This document shows positions 48,805-60,900 of a stretch of DNA of 64,000 nt, one piece after another. The first letter of the stretch is position 1, and every line of letters starts with the position of its first letter. A program made the translations under genes and the position numbers. Source of the DNA: Hydrolagus colliei (lineage: Eukaryota); NCBI GenBank assembly GCA_035084275.1, contig CM068752.1:2728001-2792000 (forward strand). Direction: 5' to 3'. Under the pieces are notes generated by a model. That model did no database searches and was not told the origin of the DNA. It was given only the letters and a program-made list of their open reading frames with translations.

Positions 48805-49265
48805 ATAATAATTATTATAATCCTTGCATTTGATATTTCACATCTTCTAGACGTCTCAAAGCGCTTCACAGAATATACTGTAATGTGAATTGACTGTGTA
48901 TTTGTGGGCAAAACGCGGCAGCCAATTGCGCACAGCAGTGTCCCCACAAACAGTCGTGGATTGAAATGACCAATTGATTATCGTTTTTTTTTGACGGATT
49001 ATTATTAGGTGTGTGGANNNNNNNNNNNNNNNNNNNNNNNNNNNNNNNNNNNNNNNNNNNNNNNNNNNNNNNNNNNNNNNNNNNNNNNNNNNNNNNNNNN
49101 NNNNNNNNNNNNNNNNNNNNNNNNNNNNNNNNNNNNNNNNNNNNNNNNNNNNNNNNNNNNNNNNNNNNNNNNNNNNNNNNNNNNNNNNNNNNNNNNNNNN
49201 NNNNNNNNNNNNNNNNNTCTCGCTTGCAAGATGTGTACTCTAACCACTGAGATACAGGACTCCAC
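48805..49265 (-). mobile_element. SINE spanning the assembly gap
   Basis: Tail and core left of the Ns, head (tctcgcttgcaag...ctctaaccactgag) right of the Ns. Confidence 0.8.
49018..49217. other. Assembly gap (200 N)
   Basis: Run of exactly 200 N. Confidence 0.99.
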
Positions 49266-49694
49266 ATAGCTACAGGACTATTTATTTCATTATTTGCTGC
49301 CTGACCTGCTGCATGTTCCCAGTGACTTCTGTATTTTAATACGGAATAGGTATCGGGTTATGAAAATAAACTCTTTCATTTTTGCAGGAGTTGAGGGCTT
49401 CATAGGAGGAACCACAGGGAACAGAAATAGAATATGCAAATGTCAGTTCAACTGCTACAAACTGAACTCGGGTCATAATTTGCATACGTTAATTAAGGAA
49501 ATGATTGGATGGAAATAAGTGCTGATGAGGTTTATTTGTCCCATCCACTCAGGTGTAAAATACCTCATCTTTCTGCCATCAAGAGCAATAAACAGCATTT
49601 CAATTCCTGAAGGAGAAAGAAAGCAAGTGGAATCCTCGTACGAGGGATGATGATAATAATAATAATAATCCTTGCACTTGATATAACGCTTTTC

Positions 49695-49870
49695 AACAAC
49701 AACAACTTCAATTTATATCACGCTCTCCACGCTGGACGACGTCTCAGAGGGCTTCACAATGACGGATCCCGAGCCCGAGCCAGGGGCAGGGGGAAAAAGG
49801 TGACTGAAGGCACGGTCAAACAGAAAGGTCTTGGCTACAGAATCTAGGAAGAGAGGGAGCGAGGCGAAGG
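49695..49870 (-). mobile_element. L2 LINE 3' fragment
   Basis: aacaacaacaacttcaatttatatcacgctctccacgctggacgacgtctc...ggaagagagggagcgaggcgaagggag, matching the L2 3' UTR seen at 60700-60730. Confidence 0.65.
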
Positions 49871-50009
49871 GAGTGTCTAGGCGTCTCATACTTCACAGCA
49901 TGTAGTGTAAAGTGAATTGACTGTACATTTGTGGTCCAAATGCGGCAGCCAATTGCGCACAGTAGTGTCCCCACAAACAGTGATGTCTAAGGATTGCATT
50001 AAACACAAA

Positions 50010-50260
50010 GGGAGATGGATGGAACTTCTACAAAAATTGTTGGGAACACTCAGCAGGTCAGGCAGAATCTATGGGGAAAGGAAAAGTGAGTCAACGTTTC
50101 GGATCCACGACCCTTCATTAGAACTGTTCTGACGAAGGGTCGTGGACCCGAAATGTTGACTCACTTTTCCTTTCTCCATAGATGCTGCCTGCCGAATGTA
50201 CCCAGTGAGTTCTGTAGGAATGTCAGATTTCCAGCTTCTGCAGTATCTTGCGTTTTTGTT
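50010..50260. mobile_element. Penelope-like inverted terminal-repeat remnant (palindrome) with hammerhead motifs on both arms
   Basis: Arms 50061-50124 and 50126-50189 are reverse complements (6 mismatches in 64 by my count, 1-nt spacer). + arm reads GTT-CTGACGA-A-GGGTC-GTG-GACCC-GAAA-TGTT-GAC. Confidence 0.7.
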
Positions 50261-51401
50261 GGATGAATCTTCTGACGGGTTGAAAGGTTAAACATCTTGT
50301 ATGCTTAAGATTTATTCTGCTCCCTGTCCAAATAATTGTCCCCAGATGTGGAAGGGCTTGCCCACACACATCTGTGCAGCCCATCAACCTACTGAGGAGG
50401 ACCATTAAATAGTATATGAAGGAGTCATCTTCTCTCTGAATGGTTCCTTCTCTGAACAGGACAACCATCTTATGGAGATGAAATTTAATGAACACATCTA
50501 TTTATACAGTGTCTGACTCCCAAGTTTTGCCGCTAGTAGAGAGATTTTAAATTATTTTTTATCCAAGTTTTGGGAGCCAAAGGGTTTAAATACAATAGCA
50601 GGAAACGGTTATTTATTTTCTTTGTATATTATTGAGCTTGAAAGAGTTTCCCCCAAGAAGTTTATTGTGAATAGAAAATGACGACAGCCTCCTACAAACC
50701 CAGTGAAGTCAATTTCATGTTAGTTTGCGCTTTGAGACGTCGATAAGACGTGGAAAGCACTATATAAATGTAAGAATTATTATACATATTATTATAGTTT
50801 CTTACACGACTGTTGCGGAAGATGAAAAATATCATTATCAACTATTCCCGAAGTCACCAATCTGTTCCATACAAAGAGTAACTCTTGTTTCATGTCCACC
50901 TGCGCTCTGCAGCTCTCTTAACAACACACTAGATTTTAAACAAACTAATTTAAGATCCCCCCACCCCCCACAACCACCACCCCCAATCAGTGGCAAGTTA
51001 ATAATCAGGGCTAAAAGACAAGTTTTGTGTTACTTGGTCAAAATTGGAACAGTATTATGTAGCCGTAACATGTTAGTTGATAGGATGTGATCAGGCCTTA
51101 TATTAAATTGCAAGGGTGATTATTTAACACGCAAAAATGAATGGAATCATCTGAAGCAAAACATGGAGGTTTGCCAGTGTTAAAAACTAATGCATTTTCA
51201 GCCACCCAACCTCAGACAGGGTAGATCTCGTCTACAGGAATCTGGAAAGATGGGCTCCTGTAGGTTTCAGTGCCCTGGGCCATCTCCTGACATGAAAGGC
51301 GCTATACAAGTGTAATTTTATTGCTGTTGTTGTTATCACCCTACATCTCTGGTTGTCTACTGAGATCAGGTTTCCATCTGTGGTGGATCTCCAACTTAGC
51401 C

Positions 51402-51419
51402 CAGTGCCCTCTAGTGGAC
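51402..51419 (-). promoter_or_regulatory. Candidate CTCF binding site
   Basis: - strand GTCCACTAGAGGGCACTG is a near-perfect match to the CTCF core CCACYAGRKGGCRS. Confidence 0.55.
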
Positions 51420-51949
51420 TATAATGAGAACTCCCATTATTCATTTTATGTCAAACCTTCTCGATGGTGACACAGAATTGCTAAATAGAGTTCTATGTGG
51501 AAAGTTTAGATTCTAATAACCTGAACTCAGCAACTACGTTGCTACGTTGGGTAAGTTTTCGCCTCCGCAGAAAAACATCAACAGTAGGGACCCGCTTGGT
51601 AGACGATTGGCGGATCGATTTCCGGGGATACTAATCCCTTTAAAAATAAGTATAATTTGGTCACTCAACTCACAACTGTTTGTGGAACACTGCTGTGTGC
51701 GATTGGCCGCTACGGTTCGCCCACAAAACATGTCATTACAATTTGCAGCGTATCCTGTGAAGTGCTTTGAGGCATCTCAACAATGTGATACGACGCTATA
51801 TCAAATGCAAATATTATTACAAAAACACAATTCCAAATGAGGCATTAGTGTGGGCATAACATAACAGATCAATACACCTATCTTTTCCCCAATACACCTA
51901 TCTTTGTTTTCTTTTGTAACCACTGAGTTTAGGTTATATAAACGCACAT

Positions 51950-52262
51950 AATATTATTAATAATAATAATCTTTGCATTTGATAATGCGCTTTTCACATC
52001 TTCTAAACGTACCAAAGCGCTTCACAGAATATACTGTAAAGTGAATCGATGGTACATATATGTGGGCAAATCGCGGCAGCCAATTGTGCACAGCAGAGTC
52101 CCACAAAGAGTCTTGGAATTGAAATTATTAGGGGGTTTTTAGGGATTATTATTAGGCATGTGTAGTAAGGAAACTTGCCCAAAGTTTCGCCCTGCCTGGA
52201 ATTGAACCGGGGTCTCTCGCTTGTAAGGCAAGTGCTCTAACCACTGAGCTACAGGACTCCAC
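51950..52262 (-). mobile_element. tRNA-headed Deu-domain SINE, full length
   Basis: Reverse-oriented tail, core and head. Confidence 0.88.
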
Positions 52263-52703
52263 GATGCCACTTTGTGAGTACATTTTGCCCCACATTTCAT
52301 TGGTATTTTGAATCTTCTCACCGTGGAAGACTTGCTCTCCTTATACAGTCGTGTGCACAAATCACTAAATCAATCAGTCCCCCGGAGGCTGCTATTGGTA
52401 ATATAAAAGGTGTCCCTTCAAGTCAAACATTTCAGAACTTTCTAGGTTATAAACGAGCACCTCTCATCCCTACAGTAAATAACGTCAGGGATGATTAACA
52501 GTGCAACGGGATCCCAACCATTTGTTCAACTTTTCTTTGAGATGGAACAAAACGTGTATTTTTATATATCGAGACATCTGATAAAGAGTTTTTTTTAATT
52601 ATTGCTGCGTTTTTGGGGGAGTCTTTGTTATTTGTTCCTGATTTGAATTGTCTATCTCTCTCTCCCTCTCCCACCAGTCTGATTTAAAAATCCACAGTGG
52701 AGA

Positions 52704-52743
52704 TGGGAGGGAGGGAGGGAGGGATGGATGGATGGATGGATGG
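52704..52743 (+). repeat. (GGGA)n(GGAT)n compound microsatellite
   Basis: Direct inspection. Confidence 0.85.
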
Positions 52744-52901
52744 AAGAAAAGCTCTTGAAATTGGTATCTGACAACTATGTTGGGAATCCTCAGTGAAGTC
52801 ACTATCAAGGGATGAACATTTTCACTCAAGTGCCTTAGGAAAAATACAGGACTTAAAAGCAAAGCAAAAATCGCTATAGCCAAGGTATCAGCCTTATGTA
52901 C

Positions 52902-53218
52902 ATAATCTTTGCATTTAATATAGCGCTTTTCATGTCTTCTAGACGTCTCAAAGCGCTTTACGGAATATACTGTAAAGTGAATTGACTATATTTGTGGACG
53001 AAACGCGGCAGCCAATTGCACACAGCAGTGTCCCCACAAACAGTCGTGGATTAAAATGACCCATTTTATTATTGTCTTTTTTGGGGGATGGATTATTATT
53101 AGGCGTGTGTGTGGAGTAAGGAAACTTGCCCACGGTTTCTCCCTGACCTGCGTGGATTCGAACACAGGTCTCACGTTTGTAAGGCGAGTGCTCTAACCAT
53201 TGAGCTACAGGAGCTCCA
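52902..53218 (-). mobile_element. tRNA-headed Deu-domain SINE, full length, little diverged
   Basis: Near-consensus copy ending ggagctcca. Confidence 0.9.
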
Positions 53219-56200
53219 CCATGATCGGACCAGCGTGCGCTCTCCGTTTCATTAAAGCACGGGTCTGCACCGGACTGAGCAAACGTCAGCCGTTTCTATG
53301 TAAGTCTTACTCAAGGAGAAGCCGTGCCTATAAGGTCACATCTTAGGGCTCGTTGTTTTCTGTCAAAATCTGGATTTGACGCTGAGTTGTTCCTCGAGGC
53401 TATTGAAGTGATGGGACTAGATTGTTAAAGGAGAAAGTCACTCCCAGGCAAATACTTTCCATCTCAAGCACTGTGCTCACTTGGCTCCCTTGTGGGTTTG
53501 GTAGATCCTGACATCTTTGCTTTGCAGAGAAACCCATTAATGTAACCCTCGCAACAGAGCCAAGAAAGTAAATCAAGCACAGATCCTCCTTTGACATCAG
53601 ATAAGGTACTTTCGCGGATAGTCTGGGAGTTCGCTTGAATTTGCACACTCTCTGGATTCTCCTCTTCTCATCCTGTTCCCATTCAGTCATACCTTGATAC
53701 CAAGAAAGCACATCAAATACATTCCGAGGTTGATTTTACAACTGTCACAGCTCTCCTGATACTTTTGAGTGCCAAAACTTTGTCAAATTCTCACACGTTG
53801 GCCTTATTAGAGATACGCAAGATGATGAACAGAATAAAGCCAGAACAATATTTTTAGATGCTGTTATGAGCTACAAAAAACAACCCTCGCATTTGATCAA
53901 GCGCCTTATCATGTCTTTGAGACGTCTGAAAGAGCTTCACAGAATATACTGTAATGTGAATTGACTGGATATGTTGTGGGCGAAACGTGGCAGCCAATTG
54001 CGCACAGCAGCATCCCACAAACATTCAAACATTCGTGGATTGGGTGACTAACTTTTTTAAAAAAAATCAATTATTACCCCTGGAAAAGCAATCAGAGATT
54101 TGGACACACATACATGAGACCATCAGAGGACATAGACTGATTTGAAGTTCTAGTTTCCAAATCCAAACAGACTCATTTTTGTTCATGTAGGAGATTTAAG
54201 GTGACGCTACATTTTAATAATAATAATCCTTGTTAGAGCACCTTGTCACGTTATTCAGACATCTCAAAAGTACTTCACAGAATATAGTGTAAAGTGGAGT
54301 GACTGTGTACATTTGCTCAGAATGCAGACTATGAGAACAGCTCCAAATCTTTGAAAAGCGAGCTACGCCAGAACAGGAGAGTATTTCGCTAATATTAATC
54401 TTGCACTTGGTATAATGCCTGATCACATCTTGAATCGTTTCACAGAATATACTGTAACGTAAATTGACTGTATATTTTGTGGGAGAAAACATAAGATCAT
54501 TCAAGCGCACACATTTTGCCAATGCTTCCAATCAGTGGGAGGAAGGAGGAGAGGAAAGTAAAGCCACTAAACTAACTGATAGGAATTCTCAGTGAAAATG
54601 TTAACAGGAACCTGCCCCGCAGTACAGTGTATGCCCAAAGCTAATCTTCACCGTAGACGTACACCTCGACTGTTAAAAGCTCCAGGTGCATCTGTAAATC
54701 CATTAAGGTAACGTTAATTGAAACAAAATTCAGAAATTGCTGCTCAATCTTGTATTTAATACCAATATCATTATCTGGTGTGGTATTGTTTGTAGCCACA
54801 GCCTGCTCCAATCTTTCTGTAATTACAAGTCTAGGGCCTGTGAAAGGAGCATTTTGTGGTTTTAAGCGATTTTTCCCAAGAGGGTTAGGAACACGGAGAG
54901 AAAAAAAACAAGAGACAAAAGGTTGCCAGAGTTCACAGTTCTTCCCCGCTTTTTTTTTCTCTCTCTCTGACTCACTCGTCTACCAAACGATGAGAAAGTG
55001 AAAAGAAATGAGCATTGAAAGATCCCAGACAACTGTTTTTGGCACCGCTTTGGCCTTCGCATCTCTTGAGAAAGAGTTTAAGTACCTTCCCATGTTTAAA
55101 AATATGCAACTAGACAAATTAATACATTTTTAAAATCTGATATAACGCGGCCTGTCCCGGGTGAATTGAAAGCAAAAAAAAACCACACAGAGAATAGCAA
55201 ACAAGTTATTTTATGCCTTCATGCCTTGTTAGCCAAACAAAACAAGCATTGTGGCTCCTGCAGATAAGATAGGGATCCAAATCCTCAGGCACTATGGCTC
55301 AGGGCTGGCGTTGCACAGATAAACCACACTCAAGTCTGGAACTGGGCAAGATACAGTGCGTGTCACATATAAGACACCACAGTCAATCCACAGGTTATTT
55401 AAAAGAATTCCTTCCTCCTCTCTCCCTCGTTAAAAAAGAAAAGTTCCTCTAGAGTTTTGAGATGAGGCATTCGTTTTGCACGTTGATCGGGCAGAAAGGA
55501 AGAGAAACGGGGCAAAGCTTTGAAACGGACACAATCCTCGTGGAATTGCACCATTCCTCTTCTGTTATATCCCCACCACCACCCCTCCCCCACTCTCCAC
55601 CTCCCCCCCCAAAAAAAGGGTTTTACTGTGACATTGCCATTGTCGGGCACAGCCGTGTAAACGTTCTAACTTCACAGCAATGTGGAAAGTTCTTAAAAAT
55701 ACAGGTGTCTCAAATCAAACCAAGCACAACAGCATGAGATGCCCAATCAAAGCTCACTTATCATAATAATAATACTGTACTAATAATAATCCTCGCATTT
55801 AATACGGCGCCTTATCACACCGTTGAGACATCCCAAAGTGCTTCACAAGGACATACTGTAAATAGGATTGTTTGTGTATTTTTATGGTAATTCAGAAAAA
55901 AACTATTCGCATCGTTACTGCCTCGTAGCGATTTGCAGTAATTACCCTCCCATGTGCAAGACTTGTTTTGGGTGGAAAACAAGGCAGACATTTCACACTT
56001 TCATTTAAACTTCTGTTAAATATCTCCTTATCCTCCCGTGCTCCAGTTAAAACGCATCTGAACTCTCTATCTCCCTGTTGGTCACACAGTACAGTAGTTA
56101 CTGGAGTTCGGGATCTCTCCCGTTGTGTAGGTGTGGAACTTTTACATTCCTGTGTGATGTGCCCTCGATGAGTGACCCAGCCTTGTGATAACAGAGCTAC

Positions 56201-56654
56201 ATATTCCCAATTTCCCTATTAATCCTCCTACCATCAGGGATTTGTTAAATGGGAATATAGCAACACGTCACACTGGTGACCTGGTATGTGCTCCAGGGAG
56301 ATTCACTGGCAATAAAGAATGTGACTTTTATTTAAAGATATGCTAACGTTTTTTCCTTTTATAGCCTTCTGAAAATATTACAGCAAGTTCGCAGACACAG
56401 CTGCCAAGGTTCTCCTTAGGATGCATAGCCATCAGACAGGAAGATTGGAAAACAATGCGGTTTCCATAATATGCAGTTCCGTTAGGAGAATAAGCTTTAT
56501 TTGATAATATCTGCATTGGAGAGGTGACACTCTAGAATTGCCATCGTCCCTTGACAAGTTGTCTCGAAGAGGTGAAAAGGTGCTGTATCAAATTAAAGAT
56601 TATTATTATTATTTTTATTAATCAACTTAAGAATACAGAGTCGAAAACAAAACA

Positions 56655-56962
56655 ATACAGCTCAGTGGTTAGAACACTCGCTTTGCCTGGGTTCAATTCA
56701 ATTCAGTTCAATTCCGGGCAGGGCGAAACCGTGGGCAAATTTCCTTACTCCACACGCTTGATAATAATCCCTCAAAAATAAACAATGATAAATTGGTCAT
56801 TTCAATCCACGACTGTTTGTGGGACACTGCTGTATGCAATTGGCTGCTGAGTTGCGCCCACATATATAGTCAATTCACTTTGCAGTATATTCTGTGAAGC
56901 GCTTTGAGACATCTAGAAGATGTGAAAAGCGCCATATGAAATGCAAGGATTGTTATTATTAG
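56655..56962 (+). mobile_element. Deu-domain SINE with TTCAA pentamer expansion in the B box
   Basis: gggttcaattcaattcagttcaattccggg in place of gggttcgattcc; rest near consensus. Confidence 0.85.
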
Positions 56963-57849
56963 TTTCAAGTTATAGTTTTTTGGATGCACTATTGGTTCGC
57001 CCACTTTCTTATTTTTTTTAAAACACGTCCAAGTCATGGAAAAAATGTACGTATTAAAGATCAGAAGAGAAAGCTGCGGTTTCTGGCAATCGGCATGTGT
57101 CAAGCGAAAGTTAAGTCACACTTCGGTCTTAGCCCTCCTCCATCAGAACTGAAACAGCCAGTGCCTGAGGCGTAGAGGCACATCACGTAACATTGAGGTC
57201 AACTTTCAATGTTTTATTCATGGCCTTTCCTGGTCTGGCGCCTTATTCCTTTAATCAACATTTGTTTGAATATATATAAAAAAACATGGAATTGTAGCGC
57301 TTCCAATTGGCACCCAAATCGGACTCGATTGATGTCATTTTTTTTGCATTGATGTGCAATTGTTATGGTAATGAGATGGTGAGTTTCCAGGTTAGCCAGA
57401 ACAAAGCTTATCACAATTTGGTGAAAATCCATCAATTCATTGTTGCAAATAAATGAGGGGTGGACAATGTTCCAGAATAGATTTTACTGACTGACTGAAA
57501 TGTTAGAATGTATATAAGCCAGATGTGATTTTAATGGGGGGGGGGGGTGATGTATAACGTAGTACTGGTGCCAGTATGTGTAACCACCTCTCCATTATAA
57601 TGAGGAGTGTGCTACAGTATAGTAACGAGAACCCGTGTAAGATTTCACGTTTCCTTCTCTGAATTACAGCCACCAGAAGCCCTCCTACTCCCACCCCCCC
57701 AACAGATTTATCTAACAATGTGCTACACATTGTGTATACACTATATGTTGTATATATGTTGGGGAGGGAATGAGAAGAAAGACATAGGTAATAGAATTTT
57801 AACTTGTATTTCAGATCAAGATAGTTTGTGAGCAACCCTCAGCAATATT

Positions 57850-58243
57850 CGGAGTCCTGTAGCTCAGTGGTTAGAGCACTCGCCTTACAAGCGCGAGACC
57901 TGTCTTTCGAATCCAGGCAGGTCAGGGTGAAACTTCGGGCAAGATTCCTTACTCTACACACCTAATAATAATTATTCCAAAAACAAAACATCTTCACGTC
58001 TTCTAGACGCCTCAGAATATACTGTAAAGTGAACTGACTGTAAATTTATGGGCAAAACGTGGCAGACAATTGCGCACGGCAGTGTCCCCACAAACAGTCG
58101 TGGGTTAAAATGACCACTTTATTAAAAACATTTTTAGAGATTACTATTAGGAGTGTGCAGTAGGAAACTTGCCCTGCCTGGAATTGAACCCAGGTCTTTC
58201 GCTTGTAAGGCGAGTGCTCTAACCAGTGAGCTAAAGGAATCCA
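57850..58243. mobile_element. Adjacent inverted SINEs: + head (57850-57985) fused to a - copy (57990-58243)
   Basis: Both heads present, pointing inward and mutually complementary. Confidence 0.82.
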
Positions 58244-60515
58244 TGAGTAGTACATATGGTATATGATTCAGACAAGGTCTTAAATCGCTCAAAATTCACA
58301 ACCTCTGAAGTAAGTGCGTTTTCTGGGAGTCAAAATTGGTGCAGGACAACATGACAATCAGTTGAGAGTTTGTTTATCCAACAGTTAGACAGATTTGGGA
58401 ATGGAGTCATTTTCTGGGAAGACACAACATGAAAGGGAAGTGTCTTCTCAGTGACTCTTCCCCCATCGTTAAAGGTTACGCATGAGCCATACCGCAGTAT
58501 TCTGCTTCAAATGGTTCCATGATTATTTTAACCAGGAAACAATAAATTATTTCTGGTTCCTCTTCGAGGGTGCAACGACTTCCTCGGATTCGGATTTCAA
58601 CTGGGTTTGATTGTGGAGAATGCAGAGCGAGTGGGAGATAAGGAAATGGAATAAACATGTACACCCTACACTCCACTCGGCGATACAATACAAACAGCCA
58701 GCAGCTGCTTCACATGAGCCACCAAAAACAAAGATCACAAGTCATCGAAACCGTTCACATAGTAACTGCTGAAGCGTCTCACAATAATACATTTTTATTC
58801 AATCGTGTCTGCCATATTCCTAAGGTTTTAGAGCCCAGCTCGTACCGTTTAACGTGGTTTTAATCAAGCACAGGCTTAACCCACTGACAGAGAATTGTTT
58901 AGGCAAATTAAAATCTGTGGGAAATTGCAATGTGATAATTAGGTCGGGGAGTGGGTGGGGGGGAGAGGAGGGCGGTGGGGGTGAAGTGGGAGAAGGATTC
59001 AATCTCCCCACAAATTTCATGGGATGGATGGGCGAACGCAACAGGCTTCATAAAGAGGGCGCCCTCAATCACAGCAAAACTCACACTTCACTATGCCGGG
59101 GTAAAGGGTTGCAGATAATAATACAATAATCCTTGCATTTGATACACAGCCTTTCACAATGGTGAGAGGCCTCAAAGCATTTCACAGGACATGCTGTGAA
59201 GTGGACTTTGTATTTTGAGGGTAAACGCAGCAGCCAATTTGCACACAATAGTATTTGGCAAACATGAAGTTTATCGTGGCAGACACTGTAGGCCAGGCCG
59301 TCAATTCAACAACAATTCAAGTTAAAAGAACAATAATAACTCGGACAGGTGTGAGGACTCGGGATCGAGTTCCAGATAACTTCTGCATAACACCTGCTTG
59401 CGCAAATGGCAGACTTGTCATCAAACACAATGCAGAAACTAGGCCATGGCAGAAGGTAATCCACACGTCAACAGATGCCTCTCAGTTCAGAGCGATTGGG
59501 CAAAGACCAGAACAAAAGCCTCAGCCAGCAGATCAGTGCTCGTTTCGACACTCGAAATGTTTAAAAGGAAAGACAATCAGGAGGGGCGCTCAGACGCCAC
59601 TTGGTTTTAATGAATAGAGGATTCATAAAGGTTTAATATTTCGTGCGCGTGATGTCTTTGATGACGTTGAGGGTTTGGCAGCTGTGAAGCGAGGGTGGCG
59701 AAGGCATTTACAATAAGTGCCGGTCGTCTTTTAGGGTTAGCTTTCCGGTAATGCCTACATATACTCCTCGAGATGTCCTTGTTTGGTATGGTATGTGAAT
59801 GTTTGTATCGGTTACCCTCACCCCCAAAACCTCTCAAACCAGCGCAGTTTGATTTATGACAGTTATTCTAATAAGTGATAGGAAGTATTCCCTTCAGGAT
59901 AAACATAATGATAACAGCAAGTACTGTAGTAGTAATATTCCAGTTGAAGGCGTGCCAAGGGATCCATTGAACTGTAAATGTCCAACTTAATGAATCAACT
60001 CGGGTCTAAGGCACTACCTGATCCGACTGAACTGAAAGGTCGAGCGATGGGAGAATAAATCATTGCACGGATGATTTCTGTGTTTCTGAATTTAGAAGTT
60101 TGTTTCAGTGTTAATTATTAACGTCACTCACCATTTAGAGCGCTCACCAAACTGAGCGAACATGTTTGAAAATGTCATTTTATTATTTTTTCATTTACCC
60201 CCCACCCCACCTCAAACACCCCACTCCCATTCAACCCTACTCCCAAATCTTTCTGATCAAAAGAGGGCTTCACTACTGCTGTCCAAAACACCACAAGAGC
60301 AACTTCTGCGTATCGCAGCACAAGACATGGCATTGATGTGCTACAGCATCAAGGCACATATACTACACACATATATATATATATATATATAAAAAATATA
60401 TATATGTTATTGAGTCCTGTAGCTCAGACCACTCGCCTCGCAAGCAAGAATTCTGGATTAAATTCCCGGCAGAGAAAAACCTTAGGCAAATTCCCTTTCT
60501 CAACACGTCTGGTAA

Positions 60516-60900
60516 TATAACAACAAATTTTTTTATTTATAGAGCGCTGTTCACGGCAGGAAGGGCTGAACAGTCAGGTTGGGACCCGAGCAAGGGGGAG
60601 CAGCAGGATAGGGGGGAGGGGAGGGAGAGAGTTGGGAGGGGAGGGAGAGAGTTGGGAGGGCGGCAGAAGGTATGATAGTAGAGGAGGTCTTGAGACCAGC
60701 CAAGAGAGGAAGCGAGGCGAAGGGACTGTGGGATGGAGTTACAGAAAGTGGGGGCAGAGAGGCTGAAAGCCAATCCACTGATGGTAGGGCGGGTCGGGCG
60801 GGGGATATGAAGCAAACCGGAGTCGGCTGAATGGAGGGGGGCAGGCAGATTCACAGGGAGACAGCAGATCAGAGAGATAGGTGAGGGAATGGCCTTGAAA
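60516..60900 (-). mobile_element. L2 LINE 3' fragment inserted into a + SINE (head 60412-60512, resuming 60901-61108)
   Basis: Reverse complement encodes ...LHSADSGLLHIPR...AFSLSAPTFCNSIPQSLR, an L2 ORF2 C-terminus-like peptide, plus 3' UTR. The host SINE continues on both sides. Confidence 0.8.

Noticed and set aside
48866-49269. ORFs containing X runs
   Set aside because: Artefacts of translating through the N gap.
51870-51905. Short direct repeats (aatacacctatcttt x2; also near 15776, 60620-60660) as a CRISPR-like or functional array
   Set aside because: Only two or three units with no spacer structure, in a eukaryotic context; consistent with local slippage.
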